Positions 13,214 to 27,790 are shown, counted from the stretch's first letter. The stretch: DNA of 64,000 nucleotides from Cycas panzhihuaensis (GCA_023213395.1 CM041465.1:236909741-236973740), one strand, 5' to 3'. Notes: a model not told the origin generated them from the sequence alone. Numbers and translations are program-made.

Positions 13214-13525
13214 TGAAAGAGGTTAATGTATCAGTGTTATTTATGTAGATTAATTATGTGACCTTAGGATATATTATTAGCATTAGTCTCTTAATGAAAT
13301 GTACTTTATGTGCATTTAGATGTAATTTCGGGTTCATGTCATTAGGCGGGAAAATCCTAACCCTAATGCTCACCCTTAATAATAAAAGGTGAAATCTCAA
13401 GGAGGGAGTTATTATTTATTCTCATCTCCAAGCTTGCTCCTATATCTTGTTTCATCTTCATTTTCATTCTCCATTGCCATTGTGTACATGTGAGTAATTT
13501 ATCTCCTAGATCCATCCTTCCTTCA
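13214..13525 (+). repeat. 3' LTR of Copia B
   Basis: Direct repeat of 5881-6192. Confidence 0.97.
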
Positions 13526-13546
13526 CCTACTCAAGAGTAGAAAGGG

Positions 13547-16500
13547 TCATACATAAAACTTCTTTAGAAATTTTCCATTCATAGCTTTTTCAAATTCAAG
13601 ACCTTCCAAAGTCATTATCCTATAAGCACTATTATTGAGGCTCTCAAGAATGATGAAATGGCCAACCCATTTAGGCCCAAACTTAGATAAGTGAGCATGG
13701 AGATACTGAAGCTTGAGGACATGGTCCCTAGGATTTAGAGGGTGAGGACAAAGATATTTGTCATACGTTCTCTATAACCTAGCCTTCGAAGCAAGGTTTG
13801 CTTGATAAGCCATTAAGCATTTCTTATCTAAGGCTTTGAGGTCAAGGAGGCAAGCCTGGTGGCATGATTCCTCATCGATGAGACCTCGAAGAGAAACTCA
13901 TAAAGAGGGGATTTTGACTTCCAAGGGGAGGACCACTTTGGTCCCATACATGAGGGAGAACAAGGTCATTCTTATAGCCATATAAATGGAGGTGTGATAT
14001 GCCCACAAAGCAGAAGGAAGTTAGAGGTTCCAATCCATTTAGGATTAAGCGATTATTTTCTTTAATATATTAATGAGGGTTTTATTAAAAGATTCAATTT
14101 GACCATTGGCCTAGGGATAATAAGGAGACAAGGTTTTATAGGATATCCTAAACTTCCTACAAACTTCATCCATCTCCTTACCATTATCTATGATCAGGAT
14201 GTTTGGGACCCCAAATCGATAGATAATATGCTAGTAAATAAAAGTGGCTATGGTATTGCTAGTAATGGATGATAAGGGGACTACTTTGGCCTATTTGGTA
14301 AAATACTCTAATTACAGTTAAGATGAACTTATGTTACAACGAGGAAGGTGGAGTTATGGCTATGATGAGGTCTAGTCCCTATTAGGAGAAAGGCCATAGA
14401 GAAATGATGGGATACAAGGCCTTAGAAGGTGAATGGATGATGTTGGCATACTCTTGGCACCTTCAATAATGCAATGCACAAGTGTGGGCATCCTTGAAGA
14501 GGGATGACCAATAATGACCCACAAAAAGGATCCTCTGGGCCATGGATTAACCCCTAAAGTGGCCCCCACAAATGCCAATATATCACTCATGAAGGATTTG
14601 GCTTGCCTTATTAGGGTTGACATAGTGAAGGAGGACCCCATTAAAAGACATCTTATACTATACCTCTTCTATAAGGAAATACTTCTTGGCAGTAGCCATA
14701 ACTTGTAACTTCACCTTGTCACTAGTATTAGGATGATATTGTTGCTGGGTGAGGTATTGTACAATGTCTTTATGCCATTTGCTATTAACCAATAGATGGG
14801 GCAATGAGTCTCAAATAGAAAACATGGGCTCATTGGGTAAGGAGTCATCAACTAGAACATTAGAAGAGTTAAGGATGGGAGCATCGACTAATTGTTTAGC
14901 AACTACCATCCCTTTCTTTATTTTCCTGTGAATGATTTGAAGGTCATACTCTTAAAGGAGAATGGTCCATTTACTAGTCTTTCTAATAAAGTCAGATTGG
15001 GTTAAGAGGTACCTCAAGGAATCAGATTAAATGATCACACAAGTGGTATTATAAAGAAGGTAGTATCTAAATTTCTTAGTTTCATGGACTAAGGCGAGGC
15101 ATTCCTTTTCAGTGGGGGAATAGTTAAGCTTAGTTGTAACTAACATATGGCTGATGAAGTAAATAGCTCACTCAGTTCCCAAATCATCTTCTTGGGCAAG
15201 CATAGCCCCCAAGGATTCATTAGTGGCCAAGGTTAAAAGAATGAAAGGATGGTTGAATAGAGGGGGTGCTAGGATTGGAGCAAAAACTAAGGCTTTCTTG
15301 AGGTCTTAATATACTTCTTGGGCCTTAGAAGACCAAATGAACGAGCCCTCCTTCTTCAACATATTAGTAAGGGGTTTAGAATTTATGGAAAAGTCTACCA
15401 AGAAATGCCTGAGGAAACCCAACCTACCCAAAAATAACTTGATTTGGAATTGCATTTTGGGCAAAGGCATATCAAGGATAACCTTGACCTTATCAGGGTC
15501 AATCTGGATCCCTTGTTTAGAAATAAGGAAACCTAGGAGCTTGTAGGTGGTTATGGAAAACATGCATTTGAGAAGGTTTAAACTGATATGGTACTTGTGA
15601 CACTATGTAAAGATGGCATGAAAATCTTTTGGGTGATGGACCCTCTTGCAAGAGAGACCCATCATATCATCCATGAAGACCTCGAGAGTTTTGTTTATGA
15701 GGTCATGGAAAATGAATTACATTACCCTCTAATATGTAGCGCCTACAGTTTTAAGTCTAAAGGGCATTGCTTTATAGGCAAAGGTTCCCCAAGGAGTAGG
15801 GAAGGCCATTTTATGATGGTCCTCAAGGGATATTTGGATCTGGTTGTAACTTGTGAAGCCATCCATCAAAGACATGAGTTTAAATCTAGTAGTGTAGTCA
15901 ATGATCTAATCAATTAAGGGTAGAGAAAAATTATCTTTAGGGCATGTGTTGTTGATGTCTCAAAAGTCAATACATATCCAAATTGTTTCATTCTTTTTAG
16001 AAATGGAAATGATATTAGAAACCCATTTAGGGTAATTGATAGAAGTGATTAAACCTACATCTAAGAGTTTTCTAACTTTCATCTTAACTATAGCAGATAA
16101 CTTAGGATGAAAGGGGTGTTGCTTTTGTTACATAGGGTGAGTACCTGGGATAGTTGTAAGGTTGTGGGCGATGATGGAAGGATCTATTCCTTTTATGTCT
16201 GTGTAATCCCATGTAAAAACATCGTGAAAGTCCTAAAAAAGGAGGGTGTCTTTCCCTATTTCCTCAGGCGATCATTCCACTCCTAACTTTATGATCTAAC
16301 TAGGGGTGAGGATGATGTCTTTAGTTTCCCCCATGTACATGGCATTCCTCTCTTCGAAATAGAGGGTGTCTTGGTCAACAATAAGGCGTAAAGGAGAACT
16401 GGGTTAGTTTGGGTCAGCTACAAGTGACCCAAGAGTTAGGACCTTCTAACTATGGTGATCAAGAGGAAGATTGGGCATGGAGCTTGCTAAATGCTCTAGA

Positions 16501-17814
16501 AATACCTCATCATTCTCAAAGTAATCTACCCCATGGATAATTTTGGTTAAGGAGGATGAGGAAGAAGAGTAGGAAGTGATGGGCCCATAACGATCAACCC
16601 ACCACTCAACATAATCAAGAGACTCTTTAGAAGAGTTAGAGAGTATCCTCCTATGTTATGAAATAGGAGGCTCCCTATCTCCATCATTTAAGGAAGATGA
16701 TAAGGAATGGGAGGTGGATAATAAAGTAGTTTGGGAGGTCACATGGTATATGGGAGTGACCATGCATAATACGATGGGAGTTCTAGGCTCCTTTATATAA
16801 GGGGTTCTAGGTTGGGACCTAAAATAGAGCAAGTTATCCCTATGAGTGTTTAGGAGGGATATAGGATGAGGAGGCTCCTCGTCTTCATTATCAAACTCAT
16901 CGTCACTCAAAGTGGTGAGGTAACCATAGCTCCCTACACCAATAGAGGGAAAATAGGTAAGGTTGGAAGAGGAAGAGGAAGGCCCTTCCTCTGAGCTAGA
17001 GGGGTTAGGTATGTCAATCATGTAGGTGGAAGCATAAGTAGATGGGTCTTTGCTGCCCTTCACTAAGTCATGAGCCACTTAATGAGATTAATATAATTAT
17101 TTAGAAGGAGGAGGCTCTTATAAAACAACTTTCATTCATCCTTCATGGATAAATTTAAGCTATCCCTAATGGGACGAGTACACAGCTCCCATCTGGTCGA
17201 GCCATGGATGTCCCAAGTCCATGTCTACATCAAAGACTATTATATCAGTGAGGATGGTTTTGTCCTTAAGAGTAAGAGGAATAGATATAGAACCTAAGGA
17301 TATCTTTTTGGTACCATCGTATCCCTAGAAATGCCATAGAACTGGCTCAAGGGCTACTATGCATAACTCCTATATGATGTGTAGTGGCATATCATTAATG
17401 GAAGAATCGTTATCTTCAATAGTCCTTCTAAGGGTACACGCAAGAGTGTTAATGCATATGGTGAAAGGGTTATGCTATTGGTGTTCCCTTTCACTTATTG
17501 GAGGGAGGTCTTTAAAGTTAAAAGCAATGGCGGGCTCCTGGTTTGAGGTAGTACTGAAAGCATGGATGGGTGTATCTATTAACCCTAAAGCCTCTAAGAA
17601 GAGAGTATGTTGCTATGGATAACTCCTCAAGACGTCCATCATGGACATCTTAGTAGCCAAGGTGTGAATCTCATCAATGATTGAGAAGGATTTCCTTTTC
17701 CCAGTTGGTTGGGAAAGCGCCCTTCAAAAATCATAGTAACCCAGGTGGACAGGAATGGTCTTGGAGAGTGGAGGAATTTGAGAAGGCGAGTTATCCATGG
17801 GAGGATCTAGTTGA
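13547..17814 (-). pseudogene. Element E pol: protease, RT, RNase H, integrase (no chromodomain)
   Basis: Minus-strand motifs: LGHPWLDQMG (PR), DVFTWDYTDIKGIDPS and LLGFLISKQGIQIDPDKVK (Tat-type RT), NYSPTEKECLAL (RH), GICGGHF (INT Zn finger), PKWVGHF...MNGKFLKKFYV* (GPY/F end). Confidence 0.9.
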
Positions 17815-20800
17815 AAAGAGGAAGATGCCCCTATGGCCTCTTTAACTACTTAAGACCTAATCAGAGCATATAAATAGGTTGTCTCAAGCATTTGGATGAC
17901 TCTCTTTCCCTTATTTTGAGATTGAGAGGGTAAAGGGATTAGATGGCGAGAACCAAGACAAGAGGAAGAACTTCTTTCCTATTTTCCTTTTGCTTGCATG
18001 AAATAAGGGTTAGGAGATCACCTTCTATTCTGATTCCCCCTATGCTAGGTATGATGGTCCCATTCCAGATGTTTAGGGAAGGGATCTCTATGGATAGGCT
18101 AGTCCAAATTGGGCTTGGACACCCACCTAGGAGAGGAATCATGAGGTGGGATAGGTTTGGGATGTTGCACCTAATATTGTAAGTCCTCATGGAATCAATC
18201 ACCATGGATAGAATACCACTTCTTTTCCAAGGAAGGTTTGGTCTTCTTGGCTTGAGAGGAGTGGGAATTTCCATCCTTAGGAGGTGCTACTTGGGAGACT
18301 TGGTGGACATGTCTACGGGAGTTTAGTGGTAAAGGAGGAGCCTAGAGCTTAACCTCCTTCATCATATATTCAAAAGAATATATGGCATAAGTCAAAGGAT
18401 CCAAAGTCCTCTCCATTAAGTGGGTAGAAGACTTTTGATGTTGTTGGGGTCTTATTTCATGTGACAAAGGGGGTAACTCTCATCATTGTGATGGTTTAAG
18501 AGATTTCTTGATACCTACTTAGATCTCAATAGCCTTAAGGGCCAAGCATCTAACTATGGAAGAATCGCATATTGCAGCCCCCATTTTGAGGACTTCAGTA
18601 TGCACCTCAGGATGGAGGGAAATCACGAAGATATCCCTCTTCAACTCTTTAGGCAATGCAGTCTTTGAAGAGTGAAGAAGGTCATGAAAGTGCCTAACAA
18701 AGTCATAATTCATTTCTTCTTAACCTTATTTAAGCAAAAAGAAAAGCCTTTATCTTGCTCTCACAAGGATAAGCAATATCAAAATAGTTGATAAACTCAT
18801 CCATGAGTTATTGGAATGAATAGATAGAGTGGGTAAGGAGGTGATAAAACCATTTAAGGCTATCCCCCTACAAGGAATGTGGAAAAGGTTTTATTAAAAT
18901 GTGGCCATAAGCCCAATAATTGATATATGCCATAGAGAAACTCCTAATATATTCAGTTAGGTCTTGTGATGAGGTCCCGTCAAACTTGGGCACCTTAAGA
19001 GGGTAATGCAGTAAGTTGGTCCCTAACACTTTGATGGATAAAGGAGTTGACCTATAGTCAACAAAGGGGTAGACCTTTAGTTGAGTCAATGGGTTGATGA
19101 GAGAAGAAGGAGGAGGGGGGCATGGATACCTAAACCTCCCTTGAGAGGTTTAACTAAAGGAAGGATATAGATTCCCTCCTTCATGATGGAAAGGAACCAC
19201 TCCCAAATGAGAAGGGGTTGGAAAAGAGGTGGATGGGCAAGAAGGACCCATTTCCCCTTGAGGATGTGTCCCTTGTTAAGAGGGGACTTGAGGAAAGGAG
19301 CCTTCGGGAGGAGTCAATCCTCCTTACAAAGGCATCGTATGCGAGGTGGCATATGAAGATGGGATAGAAGGGTATGGAATAGATTTTTGCCCATGTGAGC
19401 CACTTGTGGGAGGTACGACACCATATGGGTGGAGGAAGTCGACCTGATAAATGGGAAGGGGATTTCCCTTTCCATGCCCCCATAGTTGGGAAGTATATCC
19501 TTGGGGTAGGTAAAGAGAGGGATTCTTAGATTGAGGTTAAGGATGCATGGGGATATGCCCCACATGGCTTGAAGGAGGAGGACACAAAGGTCCCCTAGGT
19601 TGGGTAAGAGAAGGATGAACCATGGTCAGTTGAAGCATGGTCACTAAACTAGGAGAAGGTATACTTAACTAGATTTGGTAGGTGAGTATACCTTGGGTGG
19701 TTCCTAAAGTGTGAGGGATGCAAAGGAAGAGGAGACAATAAGGGATTTCCTTGTCATGGACATCAATATGGAGTGGGAGGAATAAGGAGGTATGGATGAG
19801 AAAGAAGAAGGCACTACACCATGCAAGATGTTTTCCAACCACTTTAGGGGTGATTGGAGGCTTGCAACCTAGAAGCATTGGTGTAATACTTCAACAACAT
19901 TTACAAGACTGGTCCCTACTTATTCATATGAGGTAGAGGGATCCTCACATGAAGTAGACCCCATGGGTCAATCTTCATGGGCATTCTTACTAATAAAGAG
20001 GAAGATTCCCCTATGGCCTCTTTAGCTACTTGAGACCTAATCAGAGCATATAAATGGGTTGTCTCAAGCATTTGGATGACTCTCTTTCCCTTGTTTTGAG
20101 ATTGAGAGGGCAAAGGGATTAGATGGCGAGAACCAAGGCAAGAGGAAGAACTTATTTCCTATTTTCCTTTTGCTTGCATGAAATAAGGGTTAGGAGATTG
20201 CCTTCTATTCTGATTCCCCCTATGCTAGGTATGATGGTCCCATTCCAGATGTTTAGTGAAGGGATCTCTATGGATAGGCTAGTCCAAATTGGGCTTGGAC
20301 ACCCACCTAGGAGAGGAATCATGAGGTGGGGTAGGTTTGGGATGTTGCTCCTAATATTGTAAGTCCTCATGGAATCAATCACCATGGATAGAATACCACT
20401 TCTTTTCCAAGGAAGGTTTGGTCTTCCTAGCTTGAGAGGAGTGGGAATTTCCATCCTTAGGAGGTGCTACTTAGGAGGCTTGGTGGACATATCTACGGGA
20501 GTTTGGTGGTAAAGGAGGAGCCAAGAGCTTAAGCTCCTTCATCATATATTCAAAAGAATATATGGCATAAGTCAAAGGATCTAAAGTCCTCTCCAGTAAG
20601 TGGGTAGAAGACTTTTGATGTGGTTGGGGTCTTATATCATGTGACAAAGGGGGTAACTCTCATCATTGTGATGGTTTAAGAGATTTCTTGATACCTACTT
20701 AGATCTCAATAGCCTTAAGGGCCAAGCATTTAGCAATGGAAGAATCACATATTGCAGCCCCCATTTTGAGGACTTTAGTATGCACCTCAGGATGGAGGGA

Positions 20801-22173
20801 ATTCACGAAGATATCCCTCTTCAACTCTTTAGGCAATGCAGTCTTTAAAGAGTGAAGAAGGTCATGAAAGTGCCTAACAAAGTCACAATTCATTTCTTCT
20901 TGACCTTATTTAAGCAAAAAGAAAAGCCTTCATCTTGCTCTCAGAAGGATAAGCAATATCAAAATAGTTGATAAACTCATCCATGAGTTATCGGAATGAA
21001 TAGATAGAGTGGGTAAGGAGGTGATAAAACCATTTAAGGCTATCCCCCTACAAGGAATGTGGAAAAGGTTTTATTAAAATATGGTCATAAGCCCAATAAT
21101 TGATATATACCATAGAGAAACTCCTAACATATTCAGTTAGGTCTTATGATGAGGTCCCGTCGAACTTGGGCACCTTAAGAGGGTGAGGCAGTAAGTTGGT
21201 CCCTAACACTTTGATGGATAAATGAGTTGACCTATAGTCAACGAAGGGGTAGACCTTTAGTTGAGTCAATGGGTTGACGAGAGAAGAAGGAGGAGGGGGG
21301 CATGGATACCCAAACCTCCCTTGAGAGGTTTGACTAAAGGAAGGATATAGATTCCCTCCTTCTTGATGGCAAGGAACCACTCCCAAATGAGAAGGGGTTC
21401 GAAAAGAGGTGGATGGGCAAGAAGGACCCATTCCCCCTTGAGGATGTATCCCTTGTTAAGAGGGGACTTGAGGAAAGGAGCCTTCGGGAGGAGTCAATCC
21501 TCCTTGCAAAGGCATCGTATACGAGGTGGCATATGAAGATGGGATAGAAGGGTATGGAATAGATTTTTGCCCATATGAGCCACTTGTGGGAGGTACGACA
21601 CCATATGGGTGGAGGAAGTCGACATGATAAATGGGAAGGGGATTTCCCTTTCCATGCCCCCATTGTTGGGAAGTATATCCTTAGGGTAGGTAAAGAGAGG
21701 GATCCTTAGATTGAGGTTAAGGATGCATGGGGATATGCCCCACATGGCTTGAAGGAGGAGGACACAAAGGTCCCCTAGGTTGGGTAAGAGAAGGATGAAC
21801 CATGGTCAGTTGAAGCATGGTCACTAAACTAGGAGAAGGTATACTTAACTAGATTTGGTAGGTGAGTATACCTTGGGTGGTTCCTAAAGTGTGAGGGATG
21901 CAAAGGAAGAGGAGACAATAAGGGATTTCCTTGTCGTGGACATCAATATGGAGTGGGAGGAATAAGGAGGCACGGATGAGGAAGAAGAAGGCACTACACC
22001 ATGCAAGATGCTTTCTAACCACTTTAGGGGTGGTTGGAGGCTTGCAACCTAGAAGCATTGGTGTAATACTTCAACAACATTTGCAAGACTAGTCCCTACT
22101 TATTCATATGAGGTAGAGGGATCCTCACATGAAGTAGACCCCATGGGTCGATCTTCATGGGAATTCTTGCTAA
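17815..22173. repeat. Head-to-tail tandem duplication, period 2180 bp
   Basis: 17815-19993 equals 19995-22173 at constant offset 2180; paired ORFs in the track (e.g. 18519/20699, 19669/21849). Confidence 0.97.
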
Positions 22174-22463
22174 GATGGTAATATCCCATAGAAGATGATG
22201 CCCCCACATGATGCATGGGGAGGTGATGGAGACTCGGGTGTTCCTGATCACCAGGATAAAAGATAGGGTCACTGCCCTCTTAAGCAAGACCCTAGAAGGA
22301 AGTTAAGGGTTGTTATTGGGCTTTGAAAATATAGGTGTGATAGGCCCATTCTGAAGAATATCCTTCCATGTCTAATTCTGAATCAAACAAGGGAAGGGGA
22401 GAATAAGGGGGGTTCTTCCAAAGAAGGAAGGATACCTCATAGATGATGAGAGAATCGTCACAT
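17815..22463 (-). pseudogene. Element E gag (proline-rich N-term + Retrotrans_gag), internally duplicated
   Basis: LKVPKFDGTSS, LIKPFPHSL*GDSLKWFYHL motifs present twice; start codon position inferred. Confidence 0.85.
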
Positions 22464-22606
22464 TTAAGTTCCTCCTAGAACTTTAGAAGAGAGAAAGATA
22501 AGTGGAGCAAAGATGTTAGGGGTTACCCAATGAATCTAGAAAGAGAAGCAAAAGAGAAGGGCAACACTAACACTAAAAAAATCAGAATGATTCCCTTACT
22601 AGAGGG

Positions 22607-22624
22607 TCCCTAGTATGGGTGCCA
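22607..22624 (-). promoter_or_regulatory. PBS of element E, tRNA-Arg-like
   Basis: TGGCACCCATACTAGGGA, 1 nt after LTR-terminal CA; resembles Ogre/Tat TGGCGACTCCACTGGGGA. Confidence 0.75.
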
Positions 22625-22625
22625 G

Positions 22626-25600
22626 TGGAAGTATACTTCTAGAGGGTCATTAAAGATAAGGAAGCTTAAGCTAGCACTATCACTATATCAGGGGCTTAAT
22701 GGGTCCTTGATGAAGGGGATAAGTCACCCACAAAAGATGTCTATGTGTCAAAATGTAGGTTTAGAGACACACAAATAACACACAAGACCTTCCCTTTTGG
22801 CAAGCACCTTCTAAGAGTTAAGTTGGGCAAGGGAATCCTTAGTTTACTAAGTAGCTTGGGAGAGGACTCTCCTATCCTAATGGTAAAAGGAAGGAGAGTA
22901 AGGACCAAGACCCTTTTCTAGGGAAGAGGGGAAGGAGAAAGGATAGGCCCTAATAGGGTAGGAACTTATGGAATAGGGAAAGGAAATGGTTGGTCAAGCG
23001 GTGTGGAAGGGATTTGGTGTGTGCAAGGACCAAATCCAATAAGTAGGACTAATGACAGGTTTTATTATAGGTTGCCTAAAGGGGATGCCTTTAGGGTTTA
23101 AGTTAAGAGTAAAGGTTGCTCAACTATGTTATGGGTTCTAGATAATGTCCTTTGTCTCAGTTATACAGATGAAATGGTGTAAGAGTCCAGGATATTAATG
23201 TTAAAAGAATATAACCCAATAAGAACACACTCTCTCTCTCTTTTCCTATCCTCACTATCTTTTCCTTTGTTTATAGAAGATCAATTTAAAGGAAAAGGGG
23301 GGTGTAAGGGAGATAAAGAAGACAAACAATATATGTAATCTTTTCCTAGTAATACAAGAAAGAAGAGTAGCATTCCCAACTAAATTACACTCTCCTAATT
23401 CTACCCCTATACTCGTGCATGCATGCAAAATGCAAAGGGAGTGTAGCAGGAAAAAGAAAGCCTTTCGATTAGTTTGTTCACTTTCTTTCCTAGTGGAAGA
23501 AGTAAGAAGCATGCTTATTCAAACTACCCTTTTTGTTTATGCAAATGAAGGAGAAGAGCAAGATCTTTGTGTGTTTATGAAGGATGAAGATGCAAGTATG
23601 AATATGTTCCTTTTATGTTTCCCTTTCATGAATGGAAGTATACAAGTAAGTAATTATGATCTACATGCAAATGTAAGCAAGTTCCTTTTAGGGAAGAAGG
23701 GGAAGAAACCAAGGAAGAAAAAGGTAGAGAAGAGTTGGATGGGGTGCACCTAGGAGTAAACTGGTTGGTGGAGTGTCACTCTCTTTTCTTCTCATTTTTC
23801 CTTTGCCCATTGCCTCATGCTCTAAGTCATAGTAGATGTTGTGGATGAAGTCATAAGTGGGGCTCCCTTACCTTCCTCGAAGTATATTATGAGAAGAAAA
23901 GAAACTTAAAAGGAAGATTCAAGGGAACATAAATACAAAAAGACAAATGTATCTCTTGATTATAACACAATCCTGCTTACTCAAGAATAGTGGTGTTTCC
24001 CATATGAATGAACCCTTCAACAACAAATAAGTGCACACATGTACATATATATATTTATGTGTGTGTGTGCCTTACCAGAGTGGGGTTAAAGATTTCTTAG
24101 TATTTTGAAAGAAAGAAATATGATGATGCATAAATTTCCTTATGTACAATGGTGCTTCATAGAACTTTTTAGGGAAAAGAAGGGGGTTTTGATAGTAAAG
24201 AAGAGGGTAGCCTTAGAATAGCTAGCTCCCTTGAATAAACCACCTCCTATGTGCTTGGGTACAATAAGAGTAGGTTAAATGGGGATTAAAAGCTTCAAGT
24301 AATCAAAAAACCAAAACAACTTACAAAAGTACCAAGTGATACAAGAAGTTACAAAAGTCATAAATGTTGTAAATGCTACAACTTTTGTAAAATATGTAAA
24401 TAGGAAATAAATACCATAGAAAGAAAGGTATATGATGGATATTGCTACTAAATAATATCTATATGGGCTAATTGAAAGTGTTGCAAATGCTACAACCAAG
24501 AAAAAGATCCTCACCTAAGGGGACTTCCTAGCTTGTAGGATGAATATGATTTAAGAAACTTTGAGAAGTAGGGGGATACCCTAGAGGATGTGGGCTTAGG
24601 AGTCAAAACTCTAGCCATTGGCTCCTCTTCTCCTTCTCTAGGGTGTCTAAAAATCCATCTAGCTATTCCAAGGAGGACCCAAGGGGTTTGAAGGTATAAC
24701 CAATGAAAGGTAAAAGGGTTTGCCTTCCTTTGGCCACAAAAAAGGAAGCAAAATATATGCTAAAACATATAGTAAATAAAGTTGTTGAATAAAACACACT
24801 TACTGAAGAAGAAAATAGTAGAAATAGACTTATTTCTAGCTACAAAATTAAATCAAAATAGGTGTTACCTCATGAGCAAATAAGGAGAGCTTGGAATCCC
24901 ACTTGTAAGGTGAAGAAGGGGCTCATTAGAAGTGAAGAAGAGATTCAAAGGCTAAGAATCCTACCACCACTACTGGAGTGAGAAAAAGGGAGGAAGAACC
25001 TACTAAGGGAGGTCTAGTTCAGATCTATGTATTAGGGTTTTTACCTTTTCAGAAGAAGAGTATAAGAAGAAGGATGAAAATTATAGAAGAGAGGCATTTT
25101 TCCTTTTGTTGGAGAGCCAGGAGAGGTAAACTGAGCTCAAATTTGGGTTTTTATTCCCCAATTAAGGTGCTTGAGTGATTAGGGTTCACTCTAGGAAGGA
25201 AAGAGCACTCATTGGTCATTGCCAAGATGTAGAAGTCAATAGATGGTCACCCACAACAAACTTCATGGTATCGTGATGTTTAGTATAGTACCACGAATAT
25301 TATTGCCATGTAAACTAAACATAGGAAAAAAAAAAAGAGCCTAAGAGACCCTTAAAAGATGAGTCTTTGGATGCAAAAATAAGGTTTGTTGGTCTGGTAA
25401 GGGTTTTAAAGGACCTCTAGGTAGTGGTAAGGCCTCCCAAATATGTAAAACGGTGCAAAAGAGGCCCCAATGAGGGATGCAGATATATATAAAAGGGTAA
25501 TCAATCCAAAATATTGTCGTAGAAACTATGTATGATGCTAAACATGAGTAAAAACTGGTATATAGGGGCCCACGGGTACCCAAGGGTGCTAGGAAAGTGT

Positions 25601-25843
25601 CACAAGGAGTCCTGTGGTGCCATAGGACCATGGTCGTGAGTCATCATAGGTTGGATCATAGTCATAGACATAGAATAGGTAGGCAAACCAAGCATTACAA
25701 CTATCTACAGAATAATATCACACCAAATGTAACCATAAAGACTCTCACCAAGTCATGAAATAAATGAGGAGAAGGGGTGGATATGCATATGTGTGCCTAC
25801 CTAAGAGGCAATATCCATGTCCATTCCTAGTAGTTAGAAAACA
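22626..25843 (-). repeat. 5' LTR of element E (about 3.2 kb)
   Basis: Right terminus CCATTCCTAGTAGTTAGAAAACA matches reverse complement of the H LTR start; left terminus adjacent to PBS. Confidence 0.8.
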
Positions 25844-27790
25844 AAACATACAATAGAAGTAAAGGGGTCCAAGGTCCTATCGGTCATACAAGTAAGAGGC
25901 CTTGGAGGCTACTACTAACCCTTTTGATCATGTGGAGGGGCTACGTCATAGCATTAGGATTTCCTAGGGAGTTTTTTGAGACCTACTTATATCTCAATAG
26001 CCTCTAGCACCAAGTATTTAACTATGGAAAAATTGCACATCATCACTCCCATCTTGAGGACTTCCACATGTACCTCAGGGCATAAGGCATTAACAAAGAT
26101 ATCCCTATTTAATTATTTAGGAAAAGTTGCCTTGGAAGAATGGAGGAAGTCATGGAATTACCTCACAAAGCCACTATTAAGCTTTTCATAGCCTTGTTTA
26201 AGTGACAAAAGCACTTTGACCTCACTTTTGAAGGGCCTAACCACATTGAAGTAGTTGACAAATTCATTAATTAGCTATTGAAAGATAAAAATAAAGTGGG
26301 TAGGGAGATGGTAGAACTATTTAAGGGTATCTCCTTACAAGGATCTTAAGAATAACTTCATAAGGATATGATTGTAGGCTCAATAATTAATACATGCCAC
26401 GGTGAAGTCCCTAATGTGTTTGGTTGGGTCTTGCAAGGGAGTACCATTGAATTTAGGTACTTTGAGTGGATGACACGGTAGGTTGATCCTAAGGGCCTAA
26501 ATAGATAATGGGATTCAATAGTAATTAATAAAGGGGTAAATCCCTAGTTGAGTTAGTGGATCAACTTAGGAATATGGAGGAGGTGGGTATGGATACCTAC
26601 TTTCAACATGTGGTAGGTAAGGGGTAGAACCATAGAGAGGATGTAAGGCTGCCCTTAATTGATAAGGAAGGACTACTCCCATATGCTAATGTGTTAGGTA
26701 AGGAGGTGGGAAATGAGATCTCAACCCACCCCAAGGTCATATTACATAAGTAGCAAAAAGGTGTGAGTATGCCCCTACAAGATTAGATGAATAGGATGGT
26801 AGAATATGAGGGGGAATAGGACCCCTTATGGAGCAACTATGCATAAGGTATAATACAATGTGAGAGATGTATGATCGGGGAAAAGGTTTTACCTATAAGG
26901 TCCTCTAGTAGGAGGAGCAACCACATAGAGATGGAGCAGGTCCACCCCATAAGTAGGAAGGGGATTTGATCCCCCATGCTCTCAAGGTTGTGACATATAC
27001 CCTAGGGGAACATAAAGTGAAGTGTCCATAAGTCATGGTTAAGGATGAATAGAAGTAAATCTTCCATGTCCTAGATCATGGGGATATGGAGGTATAGTAG
27101 GCAAAATCAAAGGGATATATATTATAACTAACTATGGTATGGTTATTTGTAAAGGGGATATGCTTGACCCTATTTGGGAGGTTTGCATACCATGAGACAT
27201 CCCTTAGATTAAGGGAGCACTCATAGATATGAGAGTTATAGGAGTAGGCTCCAAAAGTGAGGAAGATGTTAGTTGCAATGATGTAGGGGAGGATGGTAGT
27301 AGAAGAGGAGGATATCATACTTTGAAGGAAATGCTCCAACCACTTAGGAGGTAGTTAAACACTTGTAGCCTCAAAGCATTATCTCAATACATCCATTGCA
27401 TCTCCAGAAGGAGTGAAAGCTTGATCATAGGAGGTGGAAGGTTCCATGTATTGACCAGATCCCATAGGATGATCTATGGGAGCCCTCCCACTGGAGTGAG
27501 AGAGGTCCATGAGATAAGATCCCTTTACAACATGTGTAGGAAGCAGGGGAGGTCTAGATGGACTTCTAATTGTTCATCTGGATAATATGATGGATCATCA
27601 CCACCATGGGCGATCTTGATGATGATAGGAAGCCTCAATGATGAGACCAATTGGGGGTGTAAGGATGGTATACCCAATCAAATGGGTACCCTTTCATCGA
27701 TGACCTTGGGTTAGATGTAGAAATAGGGGAGTAAGAAGGCTCTACTTCCATAGGGGGGAGACCGTCTAGGTGATGAGAGAAGTGTTACAT
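25844..27790 (-). pseudogene. Element F gag remnant
   Basis: LKVPKFNGTPLQDPTKHIRDF near 26400-26465; collinear with E gag. Confidence 0.8.

Larger units (their letters stand above)
5881..13525 (+). mobile_element. Full-length Ty1/Copia element B
   Basis: Two 312-bp TG..CA LTRs, perfect TSD CCTAC (5876-5880 / 13526-13530), PBS, PPT, gag-PR-INT-RT-RH. Confidence 0.97.
2771..25843 (-). mobile_element. Tat-like Ty3/Gypsy element E (3' LTR not in window; interrupted by Copia B)
   Basis: 5' LTR 22626-25843, Arg-like PBS, gag-PR-RT-RH-INT on minus strand, long 3' region with antisense PMD; host continuity across B given by its TSD; left limit is inferred. Confidence 0.85.

Noticed and set aside
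17939-20454. Overlapping ORFs on both strands (e.g. 17943-18182, 20123-20362) as separate genes
   Set aside because: Antisense or off-frame readings of the duplicated, decayed gag
23255-25631. Short hydrophobic ORFs in LTRs (also 40144-40462, 42085-42857) as env-like or host genes
   Set aside because: Low-complexity T/A-rich LTR sequence; the H examples are not preserved as ORFs in the paired 3' LTR
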